Notes under the pieces: model-generated
Seen by the model: the letters and a program-made list of their open reading frames with translations, nothing else
The model's database searches: none
Told to the model about the DNA's origin: nothing
Part shown: one piece after another, positions 12,741-26,162 of the stretch
How positions within the stretch are numbered: position 1 is the first letter of the stretch
How the letters are laid out: the number at the start of each line of letters is the position of its first letter
Assembly (NCBI RefSeq): GCF_009914755.1
Contig: NC_060936.1
Source of the DNA: the human T2T-CHM13v2.0 reference genome, Homo sapiens
Length of the DNA: 64,000 bases
Direction: 5' to 3' (one strand)
Program-made: the position numbers and the translations under genes

Positions 12741-15700
12741 ATGACAGGCTCAAATTCACACATAACAATATTAACCTTAAAGGTAAATGGGCTAATGCTC
12801 CAGTTAAAAGACACAGACTGGGAAATTGGATAAAGAGTCAAGACCCATCAGTGTGCTGTATTCAGGAGACCCATCTCACATGCAGCAACAAACATAGGCT
12901 CAAAATAAAGGGATGGAAGAAGATCTACCAAGCAAATGGAAAACAACAACAACAAAACAGCAGGGGTTGCAATCCTAGTCTCTGATAAAACAGACTTTAA
13001 ACCAACAAAGATCAAAAGAGACAAAGAAGGCCATTACATAATGGTAAAGGGATCAATTCAACAAGGAGAGCTAACTATCCTAAATATATATGCGCCCAAT
13101 ACAGGAGCACCCAGATTCATAAAGCAAGTCCTTAGAGACCTACAAAGAGACTTAGACTCCCACACAATAATAATGGGAGACTTTAACACCCCACTGTCAA
13201 CATTAGACAGATCAATGAGACAGAAAGTTAACAAGGATATCTAGGAATTGAACTCAGTTCTGCACCAAGCGGACCTAACAGACATCTACAGAACTATCCA
13301 CCCAAAATCAACAGAATATACATTCTACTCAGCACCACATCACATTTATTCCAAAATTGACCACATAGTTGGAAGTAAAGCACTCCTCAGCAAATGTAAA
13401 AGAACAGAAATTACAACAAACTGTCTCTCAGACCACAGTGCAACCAAACTAGAGCTCAGGATTAAGAAACTCACTCAAAACCGCTCAACTACATGGAAAC
13501 TGAACAACCTGCTCCTGAATGACTACTGAGTACATAACAAAATGAAGGCAGAAATAAAGATGTTCTCTGAAACCAACAAGAACAAAGACACAACATACCA
13601 GAATCTCTGGGACACATTTAAAGCAATGTGTAGAGGGAAATTTATAACATTGAATGCCCACAAGAGAAGGCAGGAAAGGTCTAACATGGACACCCTAACA
13701 TTACAATTAAAAGAACTAGAGAAGCAAGAGCAAACACATTCAAAACTAGCAGAAGGCAAGAAATAACTAAGATCAGAGCAGAACTGAAGGAGATAGAGAC
13801 ACAAAAATCCTTCAAAAATCAATGAATCCAGGAGCTAGTTTTTTTAGAAAGATCAACAAAATTGATAGACCGCTAGCAAGACTAATATAGAAGAAAAGAG
13901 AGAAGAATCAAATAGACGCAATAAGATATGATAAAGGGGATATCACCACCGATCCCACAGAAATACAAACTACTGTCAGAGAATATTATAAACACCTTTA
14001 TGCAAATAAACTAGAAAATCTAGAAGAAATGGATAAAATCCTGGACACATACACCCTCCCAAGACTAAACCAGGAGGAAGTTGAATCCCTGATTAGACCA
14101 ATAACAGTCTCTGAAATTGAGGCAATAATTCATAGCCTACCAAGCAAAAAAAGTCCAGGACCAGACAGATTCACAGCCAAATTCTACCAGAGGTACAAAA
14201 AGGAGCTAATACTATTCCTTCTGAAACTATTCCAATCAATAGAAAAAGAGGGAATCCTCCCTAACTCACTTTATGAGGCCAGCATCATCCTGATACCAAA
14301 GCGAGGCAGAGACAAAACAAAAAAGGAGAATTTTTGACCAATGTCCCTGATGAACATCGATGCAAAAATCCTCAATAAAATACTAGCAAACCTAATCCAG
14401 CAGCACATCAAAAAGCTTATCCACCAAGATCAAGTTGGCTTCATCCCTGTGATGGAAGGCTGGTTCAACATATGCAAATCAATAAACATAATCCATCATA
14501 TAAATAGAACCAAAGACAAAAACCACATGATTATCTCAATAGATGCAGAAAAGGCCTTCAACAAAATTCAGCAGCCCTTCATGCTAAAAATTCTCAATAA
14601 ACTAGGTATTGATGGAACGTATCTCAAAATAGTAAGACCTATTTATGACAAACCCACAGCCAATAACATACTGAATGGGCAAAAACTGAAAGCATTCCCT
14701 TTGAAAACTAGCACAAGACAGGGATGACCTCTCTCACCACTCCTATTCAACAGAGTGTTGGAAGTTCTGGCCAGGGTAATCAGGCAGGAGAAAGAAATAA
14801 AGCGTATGCAATTAGGAAAGGAGGAAATCAAATTGTCCCTTTTTGCAGATGACATGATTGTATATTTAGAAAACCCCATCATCTCAGCCCAAAATCTCCT
14901 TAAGCTGATAAACAAATTCAGCAAAGTCTCAGGATAAAAAAATCAGTGTGCAAAAATCACAAGCATTCTTATACACCAATAACAGACAAACAGAGAGCCA
15001 CATCATGAGTGAACTCCCATTCACAATTGCTTCAAAGAGAATAAAATACCTAGGAATGAAACTTACAATGGATGTGAAGGACCTCTTCAAGGAGAACTAC
15101 AAACCACTGCTCAATGAAATAAAAGAGGATACAAACAAATGGAAGAACATTCCATGCTCATGGGTAGGAAGAATCAATATCTTGAAAATGGCCATACTGC
15201 CCAAGGTAATTTATAGATTCAATGCCATCCCCATCAAGCTACCAATGACTTTCTCCACAGAATTGGAAAAAACTACTTTAAACTTCATATGGAACAAAAA
15301 AAGAGCCCACATTGCCAAGACAATTCTAAGCCAAAAGAACAAAGCTAGAGGCATCACACTACCTGACTTCAAACTATACTACAAGGCTACAGTAACCAAA
15401 GCAGCATGGCACTGCTGCCAAAACAGAGATATAGACCAATGGAACAGAACAGAGCCCTCAGAAAGAATACCACACATCTACAACCATCTGATCTTTGACA
15501 AACCTGACAAAAACAAGAAATAGAGAAAGGATTCCCTATTTAATAAATAGTGCTGTGAAAACTGGCTAGCCATATGTAGAAAGCTGAAACTGGATCCCTT
15601 CCTTATACCTTAGACAAAAATTAATTCAAGATGGATTAAAGACTTACATGTTAGACCTAAAACCATAAAAACCCTAGAGGAAAACCTAGGCAATACCATT

Positions 15701-16569
15701 CAGGACATAGGCATGGGCAAGGACTTCATGTCTAAAACACCAAAAGCAATGGCAACAAAAGCCAAAATTGACAAATGGGATCTAATTAAACTGAAGAGCT
15801 TCGGCACAGCAAAAGAAACTACCATCAGAGTGAACAGGCAACCTACAGAATGGGAGAAAATTTTTACAATCTATCCATCTGACAAAGGGCTAATATCCAG
15901 AATCTACAATGAACTCCAACAAATTTACAAGAAAAAACCAACGCTATCAAAAAGTGGGCGAAGGATATGAACAGACACTTCTCAAAAGAAGACATTTATG
16001 CAGCCAACAGACACATAAAAATATGCTCATCATCACTGGCCATCAGAGAAATGCAAATCAAAACCACAGTAAGATACCATCTCATGCCTGTTAGAATGGC
16101 AATCATTAGAAAGTCAGGAAACAACATATGCTGGAGAGGATGTGGAGAAATGGGAATGTTTTTACACTGTTGATGGGAGTGTAAATTAGTGCAACCATTG
16201 TGCAAGACAGTGTGGCAATTCCTCAAGGATCTAGAACTAGAAATACCATTTGACCCAGCCATCCCATTACTGGGTATATACCCAAAGGATTATAAATTAT
16301 GCTGCTATAAAGACACATGCACACGTATGTTTATTGCGGCACTATTCACAACAGCAAAGACTTGGAACCAACCCAAATGTCCATCATTGATAGACTGGAT
16401 TAAAAAAATGTGGTACATATACACCATGGAATACTATGCAGCCATAAAAAATGATGAGTTCATGTCCTTTGTAGGGACATGGATGAAGCTGGAAACCATT
16501 ATTCTGAGCAAACTATTGCGAGGACAGAAAACCAGACACTGCATGTTCTCACTCATAGGTGGGAAATGA
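12741..16569 (+). pseudogene. Disrupted L1 ORF2 (endonuclease / reverse transcriptase)
   Basis: ATG at 12741. EN motifs (IMGDFNTPL, SDHSA), RT motif FADD and the C-terminal Cys-rich region are spread over multiple ORF fragments with stops and frameshifts. Confidence 0.95.
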
Positions 16570-19500
16570 ACAATGAGACACTTGGACACAGGGTGGGCAA
16601 CATCACACACTGAGGCCTGTCATGGGGTGGGGGGAAGGGGGAGGGATAGCATTAGGAGATATACCTAATGTAAATGATGAGTTAATGGGTGCAGCACACC
16701 AACATAGCACGTATATACATATGTAACAAAGCTGCATGTTGTGCACATGTACCCTAGAACTTAGAGTTTAAAAAAAAAAAAACTACATATAAAAAGATCG
16801 TTTAAAAAAATCCATGAAGTTGATTTTAAAAATCATGATTGTGGTTTTCTTGGGTTGTGCTATTGAATGACACTAGTGGGTAGACACTCCCAGAATGACA
16901 AGTCTAGGCTGGGTGTCAAGCTTGGTGTCTAGAAAGTTGTTCAATATATTACTAATTATTTCTTTATTTTGTCTGAAGTAGTCCATAAATATTTTTGAAA
17001 TTTTATGTCAGATGTTGACGGCCTGAAAAATTTACAGTTCTCTGTATATATGAGGCCATTACACCAAGACAGGGTGGAGGATACGTATTTCAAAGTATGA
17101 ATGTTAGTTTTATGAGAAAGTTGGATCGTAATTTCTAGGAATTATGTTCTGTGATTTAGACAGAGTTCAGAGGTTGACATTCTATTTTTAACTGAAAGCA
17201 GACCTGTTAGCCTATGTTTCTACTTCAAAAGTATTCTTTCCAGGTGGCAGCAATGAAAATGTCTGAATCTAGAATAAGGGATAATTAATATTTATTAATC
17301 TCTTAAAGATAGGTAAGATTAAGACAATACAGGAAGGTTAAAAGATCAGGATCTTAGCACTGATTCTCAACTCTGAAACTATGGTAGTCACTGAAAAATA
17401 TAACTAAAAACAACCTCAGGGTCAAAATGATGCATCTGTTTGCTTTTTTTGAGATTGAAGATTCATATTTGTTGACTCACTTTGAACTATTTGAATCTGG
17501 TTTATCTGCTTCAGATGAGACACAGGGATCCATGGTTACGTGGAATTTTCTTTATGTGATTGTAGTCTTTTAAAAAATCTGAGTAAAGGTTTTTAAAATG
17601 TTAAATAGGGACACATTTTGATTATATCTATGATTAAGCAGAATGCAGAATGAGATCAGATGACGGCCAATCTGAAGAGCAAGTTATCAACTGAGAAAGA
17701 ATGTACAGAAACCATTTTAAATAAAGCAATTTGAGTTAATTCCATTTATTGATGCCCTAGATACCCTGAGGGATTGACATTTGATTCTTTCAAGAACATT
17801 GAAGATGGTAATGTTCCATGTCATGGCCTACATGAAGGGTTAACATACATGCCAAATGTTTTCACCCTTTATTTTGCACCTTAAGTGGCAGAGCTTGGGG
17901 TAGAAGAAAGAGAGGAGTCATACACATTAGTGAAAAGACTATGGGCAGTTCTGTCATGAAATCCCTACGCTGTTAAACTCCTGGATTAGCCTTCTCTTTA
18001 GTCAAATAATATTTTGCCTAAACTTTCGATGGGTTACATTAACAATTTTTTTCTTACTTATAAATTCCCAAACTTAGGTTATCTTTTTGTGTCTGTCTAG
18101 CATTTTCCTCTTCTGGAATCAAGACATCAGATACAGAATTTTGTTGACATGTTAGGTCTTTATTTTGCCAACTCTTTGATTATAATATCTCCATGTGATA
18201 TTGTTTGGCATTTGCCCACATAGTAGGTTTCCATATAATTTTTAATTATTTCATCCAGATCCCTAAATGTTTTGACAAGTTAAGCTGCTCTGATTCATTT
18301 GCAACAACCTCAGCTCTGAGAAAGAATGCCTTCAATTAAAATAATGAGTGAACAGTTCAAGGAAAATATTACGGAAAAATAAAAAGGGATGCATAATACC
18401 ATTGTCTATGCTTCACTGTTGAACAGTGCAGCTTTTTTCCGTGGAGACATAACTTTTGGCTTCCTCTTTTGCTATTAAAGATTCAAGGGACTTTATCAAG
18501 TACCATGCTCTAACTGCCTTTAAAAAATGTCTATTTGTGAGCAAAGTTCCAGCAAAGAAAAGAAATTACATTGTATGTTTTTAAGATCCTATAAATTTAA
18601 GATTTCAGGATTAGGAATGGCCATGTTTCAATAAATAGCATGACGAGGTGCTGGCTGTCCCATTCCACAGACTGTAGAATCAAAAGCATTCCACTCATAC
18701 TGCTATGTTCCTATAAAATGAAACACAGTTCGAGGCAGTGTGATCAACTGCAGCAAAATGAAAGCTTGTCATTTACACCACTGTAAAATGAATATGCCAA
18801 AAGGATCCAGTTATTAGCTACTGAAATATGCTTCTATGGGAAGACATGATTACTGAGCAGTAAGATCAGCCTGTTTCAACTGAGATATTTTTTGTTTTTA
18901 GGAGCATGTAAGTCCTCAGGTCAATTGTTATACATATCCTTATTTTAGCTTTTTTTCCCTTTTAATGCAAAACATGTACAAGAATTGTTTTAATAATTTA
19001 AAATAATTGCAAAATATATAGATAAATGAAAATTGTTATAAAATCTAAAAATTCCTCCCTCAATTATTCATGCACAAATAGAACTTCAGAGAAAAAGAGT
19101 TACAACTTCCTTTCAATGGGAAATTAAAGCTTATAAGAACACAAAAAAATAAAAATAAAAACCACATTGGACCAAACCCATGCTCTAGCAAGCCCAAGAT
19201 TCTATGTATTGTCGCAACAAAATCTATCTAATGATTGCCATCAGTGATGTCATCCTTAAAAATAAAGACTTTAATTTTATACAAATAAATCAATTAATCA
19301 TGTTTATTTCAATGATTATTTAGTTATACACCTCTTTATCTCTTTACAAATATGCAGTTCTCTTATTGTCTACTGCAAACTCTTAAGGAAAATTTGGGCT
19401 TGCTAATATATCCCCAAGCTTATTGGGAAATATGAGCTAATTTGTTCTATTTGAATATAACAGGCTTGCAGCCTGACTTGTTTAATAGCCTTGTAATCTC

Positions 19501-22454
19501 TTGTATTGCTTTTACATTGTATAGCACAAACAATATGGACACGAAAGATTAAAAGTAAAAGGTATTATTGGCTGTTATAGCCAGAGAGACATTCAATCAC
19601 GTAATATGTGTCCAAGATTTGATGAGGATTGGTTTTAATGTTGCACTCAGACTGAAAGTTATTATTTTCCAATGAAAGAATCAGAAAAGAAAATATAAAA
19701 TTACACCGTGAAGAGAGGAATATACGCAAAGAGAGGGGAAGAGGAGAAACAAGTTTGCTGTACCAGAAAAGGACCAGAACAAATGAGAGATCGTGTAAAT
19801 ACAAATATCTTATAAGAGTATTTCAAAGGGGAAATAGTGTTAGCCAATAAAGTTAAAAGATGTGGAGTAACTTCTAAAGAGGAGGTCAAGGAAAATTATT
19901 ATATTTAGACATTAAAAGACATAATTATGGTGAGGGGAGATCATGTCTCCAAATTTTTAGAAGAAAAATAATTGGGAAAATGATACATTATAAAAAAAAA
20001 AAAGCACCAGAAAGCAGCCATAAATCAGTTACAGTTTCTTCCTTGGTAATTATGACTACTGAAAACCATATAAAAACTTTTTTTCTCCCCTGAGGATCTT
20101 GATGTGGGGAATGGATCTCTAGGCAGCTGCTTTCTGTTTGCCACGCCTCCTTCATTTCTCTCACCTGGTTGAATCTGTCTTCCAGCATTTTGTCCACCCA
20201 ATTAGGAGTTCCCAGAAGAGGTTAGATGGGGAACCCCCAAGCCATAGCATCTAGCAAGTCTGAGAGGATGAACCATTGACCAGGAAAACACTGCAATTCT
20301 CCCTCTTCTTACCTCCATCAGAACCCCCAAATAGTTAACCTATATTAGGTGGTCATAAATAAACCTAAAAGGAAGAGTTTTACAAAAGGCTGTGGACAAA
20401 ATTTGTATTTCACTGGACTGAGGAGAAATTCTATGGTGAGTAAACAGAGGCAATAACTGTAAGAGTTTACCTGAGAAATTTATTTCTAAAGAGAGAGAGT
20501 GCAGCAATTCAAAGGGTTAAATCATTAGCATAGCAAGAGGACATGCTAACTGGAGATGGTTGCTAGAGAATTTTGTCTATGTTTGTGTGTTATTGGTGGA
20601 TGATCCCTTTTTACGTTATTGCATAATGTTTCTGATAGAAGAATCCTGTTTATGCTCGAGAAGTAGCCTGCCGTTGTTTTAAAATGTTTTTCTATGATCT
20701 ATAATCGACAAGTGTCACTGAAACATTCATGATTATTTTAACAAACCTTTAAAACACTTCATACCCTATTTACAGACATTAAAAATCCATTACTCACAAA
20801 GTAAAAAATTGTAATATTCCAGACTTACCAAATTTGATTCTATTGCCAACACCTGATCCCTTCCCTTGCTTAATAGAAGAAAAGCATATTGACTACTAGA
20901 TTTCAGAAATGGTCATTTGGTGTCACTCTATTCTTATCCTCAAAATTATTAACACAGGAAAACATAGATACGTCATTATTATTTTTAGTGGGGTTTTTTT
21001 TTCCCTAGGTAGACTTCACCTTGGTGTGATAATGGCTGTGTTAAATGAAAGAGCTGGCATACTTGTAGGGGGTTGTAAAAATTCAAAAGAGGAATACTTA
21101 AAGTGGAAATATTAAATTCATCTTTTGACAGGTTTTCCTATAGCAAGGATGAGAGGGAGACTTAGAGACAGGACTCTCCAATGAGGCTTTGAATGGTCCT
21201 ATTTGGTCTGCATTGAGCTAATTACCTGGCTATCTGCCAAAAAGCCCCTTTACCTTGTGCTATGTAGAGTCTAATGTTAGATAATATCTAATTTTTAATG
21301 CTAAGAAGTGGCATTTGATGTTGTTACTAGTATCTGGTAGAAAGCAAGGGACAGGAGGTCAGAAACAGTTTCCTGGGAAGTGCTCTTAAACTGTTTCCTA
21401 TGCAGCAGGGAAGGTGAACAAAGAGAAACCCTGTAGCCACCATTTCCTTATCCTTCATGAGAATAAAGAAAAAGGAAAAGATTTAACATAACCTGCTCAG
21501 CAGGAAACTCAACTTTACAGTTTCAGAACAGCATAATTTGGATATTTTATATTAGTCTATCGTATCCAAGCATTTCAAAAATAAAACAGGAACAGCTTTA
21601 ATGCAATCTGTGTTTACTAATATGAGCTAATAAAATCTCATAATATTATTTTGTATTGCACTAATGGATATTGCATTATAGGATATTAGTTAAATCACCC
21701 ATTATTTCAGTATTTGGTGTATTACTCATAGAAGAAGCATACACACCATAGTATCAGAGATCTGAGGGGAAAAATAGGGTGCAGAAGAAAAGATGGCCTT
21801 TTAAAAATAGGTTGATGTTAAGGGAAGGAAAGAATGAGGGAGCAATAATGCAAATGGGGCATTCGTTTATGGAAGCTCTAAACCTTATGAGGAAGGAGGC
21901 AAAATACAGCTTCTTAGATTGCCCTGGGGACTTACAGGTTGCTCCATTAAGAATATAAATTCAGTGCTAACGGTGTTTTGAATGATGAGAATTCTATACC
22001 CTAAGCCCTACCATCATCAAGTTTGCCACCTTCCCTCTATCTTCTCAAACCTAAACACATAAACTTATATACTGAGATGAAGTCGAGCCCAAAATTCTAC
22101 AGATAATAAATGGTGGAATGCAGACATTCACTGAGGCTATTCTGACCCCAGCCTACTGTGTTACACTGCCTTCTTATCACAGTGTTTAAAAAATATCATT
22201 ACATATAATTTTGTGCCCAATCAGATACCATTACTCATTAGGGGGTACTATGAGTGGTTGGAAGCAGGGATCAAACATTTAAGAAAAACACCCTATGTTC
22301 CTGTACATCAATATCAAATTGATATTTAATATTAATATTAATACATAAATATTAAGGCTAGACAAGATGATCCAGAGTGAAGAGACCTTTATGTATTTCA
22401 TGCATCAATGTGATGAGATTGTGGATTTCTGTGAGTGGGGCAAGTATACAGAAC

Positions 22455-22700
22455 ATTCCTTAAGAGCATGGATCTTGAAATCAGAGACAGCCTCTTTTCT
22501 TTCTCAGTTTTGCCTTTTCTAGATGTGTGACCACGGAATGACAATTAAAATTTCTATCACTTGGTTTCTCTATCTAAAGTATACGGATAACAAACATTTC
22601 CTTAAATATATTTTAATGGAATTAAATAATATTATAACAGTAATATTTTTATTCAGTACCACAAACATAAAGTCTCACTAAACAGAATAATTATTATTTT
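22455..22700 (+). mobile_element. MIR SINE
   Basis: taagagcatggatcttgaaatcagagacag...tgtgtgacc...ggtttctctatctaaa resembles the MIR core. Confidence 0.6.
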
Positions 22701-22721
22701 GAAATGCATAATAATAGCTGG

Positions 22722-23044
22722 GGCTATGCACGGTGACTCACACTTGTAATTCTGGCACTTTGAGAGACTGAGGCAGAAGGATCACTTGAGGCCAGGAGCT
22801 TGAAACCAGCCTGGGCAATATAGCAAGACCTCATCTCTACAAAAAATAGAAAATAAAAAAAACAGCTAGGTGTGATGGCACACACCTATAGATCTGGCTA
22901 TTTGGGAGGCTGAGATGGGAAGATCACTTGAGTCCAGGAGTCTAAGGCAGCTGCAGTGAGCCATGACTGCACCATTGCACTCCAGCCTGGGGAACAGGGC
23001 AACATCCTATTTCAAATAATTAATGAATTAATTAAATTTAAAAA
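22722..23044 (+). mobile_element. AluJ-type SINE
   Basis: ggatcacttgaggccaggag, agcaagacc and cagtgagccatga are J-type motifs. Degenerate TSD ataatagctgg / gtaataggtgg. Confidence 0.9.
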
Positions 23045-23174
23045 GTAATAGGTGGGATGGTCTTATATCCTGCTTTGCCTGAAGCAGTCTTGTTCACACC
23101 TATTATTCCAGCAAAATTATTCATGTTGCTCTTTCACTGTCAAAATTATCTTGAACAATAAATTCTCTGGGTTC

Positions 23175-23400
23175 TTTAATGATAGCTATGACTTATTGAA
23201 TACTTATAATATGCCCCTCCTGTTTTTCTTAAATGCTTATTAACTCTCTTAATCCTTATAACCCTTGAAAGGTAAATACTATAATTATCCCCGTTTTATA
23301 GATTAAAACAAAATAAGGCATGTAGAAGTGAAGTAGCTTGGGGATTTGAAAGCAAACTTTGCCGTCAACTCCTAGAAATTTATTTTTTTAACCATGTATT
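23175..23400 (-). mobile_element. MIR SINE
   Basis: acttattgaatacttataatatgcc...aatccttataacccttgaaaggtaaatactataattatccccgttttatagat. Confidence 0.65.
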
Positions 23401-23659
23401 TATTTGGGTGACCTTAGCACTGTAACTGCTCAAACATAACAAAATAAGGAAAAGAGTAGTGATGAAAGGAGGAGAGAAAAAAGAACAAACAATTCCTGGG
23501 TCAACTCCCTGCTCTGGATGCTATAACCATGCATTAGTTTTCTTAGTTAAAATCTCCAGAGTTCTGAGCCTATTTGAAATAAAGTTTATTTGAGGCCCTG
23601 AGATGTCCGAATTTCTATCTTCAACAGTAACTCTTCCACAAACATTAACTCTTCTTCTT

Positions 23660-25700
23660 TTCTTTTATGATATAATGGTGGCATTTTATAAAGTTTCATA
23701 TAATTTGGGTTCATCTGTTTGCTCATGATTAGCTTTAGGTTATGCATTTTGGGAATAAATTCCACCTGAGCAATGTTGTTCCTTCTCATGATGTCACCAC
23801 AAGAGTCTCAGGGTGTAAGTTTGTCCTATTACTGTTGTTGCATTTCATCACTTGGTTTAAGGTGGTATCCATCAAATTTTTCCATCATAAAGGTATGTTT
23901 ATTTCACTTTGTAGTTAATATATGATAGTTGGGAAATACTTGAAACTGTTTAAAAACATCCTGTTCTCCAAAATACATCCTCCCATTGTTCCATCATGCA
24001 TTGGTGATTCCTCCCTGAATTGATTATTCTATTGTAAATAGTGATTTCCTAACTATATTCCTTCAACATTTATTGATTGACATTCTATCACAAAACCAAT
24101 CTTTCCCACTAATCTTTTCCCCCTTCCTATGTTTATTAGTTTTTTAATTAAAATTTTAAAAAATTCAATGTGTCATAATCAATTACTGATTTTAATCATT
24201 TTGCTGCTCAAACTGACCCAAGTTTGTCCAGTTAGGGTCCCGTGAAGCTGGCCCCCGTGTCGTTTTAACATGTCCCTCCTTAGTTTCTCAGAATCTTCTT
24301 GCTTTCTGGTAAAATAAGGTGTTTCAAGCTCAGCTTGTTCTTGTTCTTTTTTAGCCCTGTAATGAATCATTTGTATAACATTCCCTTGTTCATTTAGTGT
24401 TCCTTTAGAAACCAAGATTTGAATGTTAAATAAGTGCATTGCTACTGAGGTGTTATTATTTCCAAGCCTTTCAATGGACAGAACTAATATAATACACACG
24501 CACACACATATATAGAGAGAGTTGCATGCATATATACACATTTGAGTTATGCATAGATCATAAAGCATAAATATGTGTATCACTGATGCATCATGGATTC
24601 ATATTACTAACCATAATTACAATTCTACATCACAAAATTCTTTCTTGCACTCCCTAATTCCTTATTGGTATCTCTCTTTACTAACAGTAAGAACCCTGGT
24701 TTCTGACAATATCAAAATATTTATAAAATTCCTGATTCCCACAATAATTAAAAATCATTTCAGGATTGCTATACCAACACCACTAAAAACAACTAATTTT
24801 ACTAGGTATAGTTAATCTATGTTATGTATAGTTAGGTTTTTTCTGTTTGTACTCATTTTTAGGAAGTTGTTTATCCTTGTTGATTTAAACATCTTGGATC
24901 TGCAGAATGTTAATATGGTTTCCATGTGAAAAGTATAAAAAAGAGTATACTTCAAGTGTTGCTCCCTCCCATAATCCTTCTATCTCATCCCTGTCTAACC
25001 CTTGTACACAATCCGTTTCTTTTTCTTTTTTGGATTATCCTTGTTTTCTGTGTTTCTTTTTGTGCATGCATAAGCTTATTTGCCTTCCTTCCTATAATAG
25101 GTGTAGAAGGAAGTAGAGAAAATAAGCACAAACACACACAAACACATACACACACATAGAATTTTATTATCACTTTTTTATATATTCTAAATATATAAAG
25201 TACATATTATGTAAGTGTATAATATGCTATACTATACATATTCTTTTGTATGTTGCTTTTCTAACTTAAAAATATATCCTGGAAATCACTGTATGTCAGT
25301 TTCTAGAGATATTACTGATTCTTTATTATTATTGGGTAGATATATGCCATTGGGTAGATATACCATAGTTTATTCAAGCAATCTCCTATAGATAGACCTT
25401 CAATTGTTTCCAAAATTTTGCTATTACATATAATGCAATAATTCTGCAGTAGTTCAGTGAATACCTTGTACATTTTTTCATATTAACATGATCCCTTCAA
25501 GGTAATTATTCAGAGTTTACTGAAAAAAGTGTAGGTAGGAATGGAGCTTTTTTAGATATTACCAAATTCCATTTTATAGGTATCATATTTCATTGCATTT
25601 CCTTAGGTACTGTATAAAAGTTCCTGTTTGTCCACAAACTCAATAACAGAGTGTGTGGCCAGTCTTAAATTTTTGCCAAACTGATAGGTAAAAATAGTAT
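23660..25700 (-). mobile_element. Old L1 (L1MC/L1MD/L1ME-like) 3' region
   Basis: Antisense 3' UTR motifs (ggttatgcattttgg, atcacttggtttaaggtgg) and ORF2-end motifs (ttttgccaaactgataggtaaaaatagtat). Confidence 0.65.
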
Positions 25701-26089
25701 TAAAATAATTAACAAAATAGCAGTAGTAAATCCTTACCCATCAATAATTACTTTGAATGTAAATAGATTAAACTATCCAAGAAAAAGACATAGAGTGGCT
25801 GAATAAATAGAAAATAAGATCCAACTATATGCTGCCTACAAGAGAGTCATTTTAGATTTAAGGACATACATAAGCTGAAAGTGAAGGGATGGAGGAAACT
25901 ATTCCATGCAAATAGTAATCAAAAGTGAGCAGAGGTGGCTAGACTTATATGAGATAAAATAGACTTCAAGTCAAAAACTGTCACAAGAGACAAAAAAAGG
26001 GTCACTACTTAATGATAAAGTGCTCAATTCATCAAAAGGGACATAACAGTTGTAAATATATATGCACCTAACATCAGAGCATATATGTA

Positions 26090-26162
<73 letters not shown>

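Noticed and set aside
22310-22355. AT-rich palindromic stretch (aatatcaaattgatatt, taatattaatatta)
   Set aside because: Low-complexity AT sequence is self-complementary by composition.
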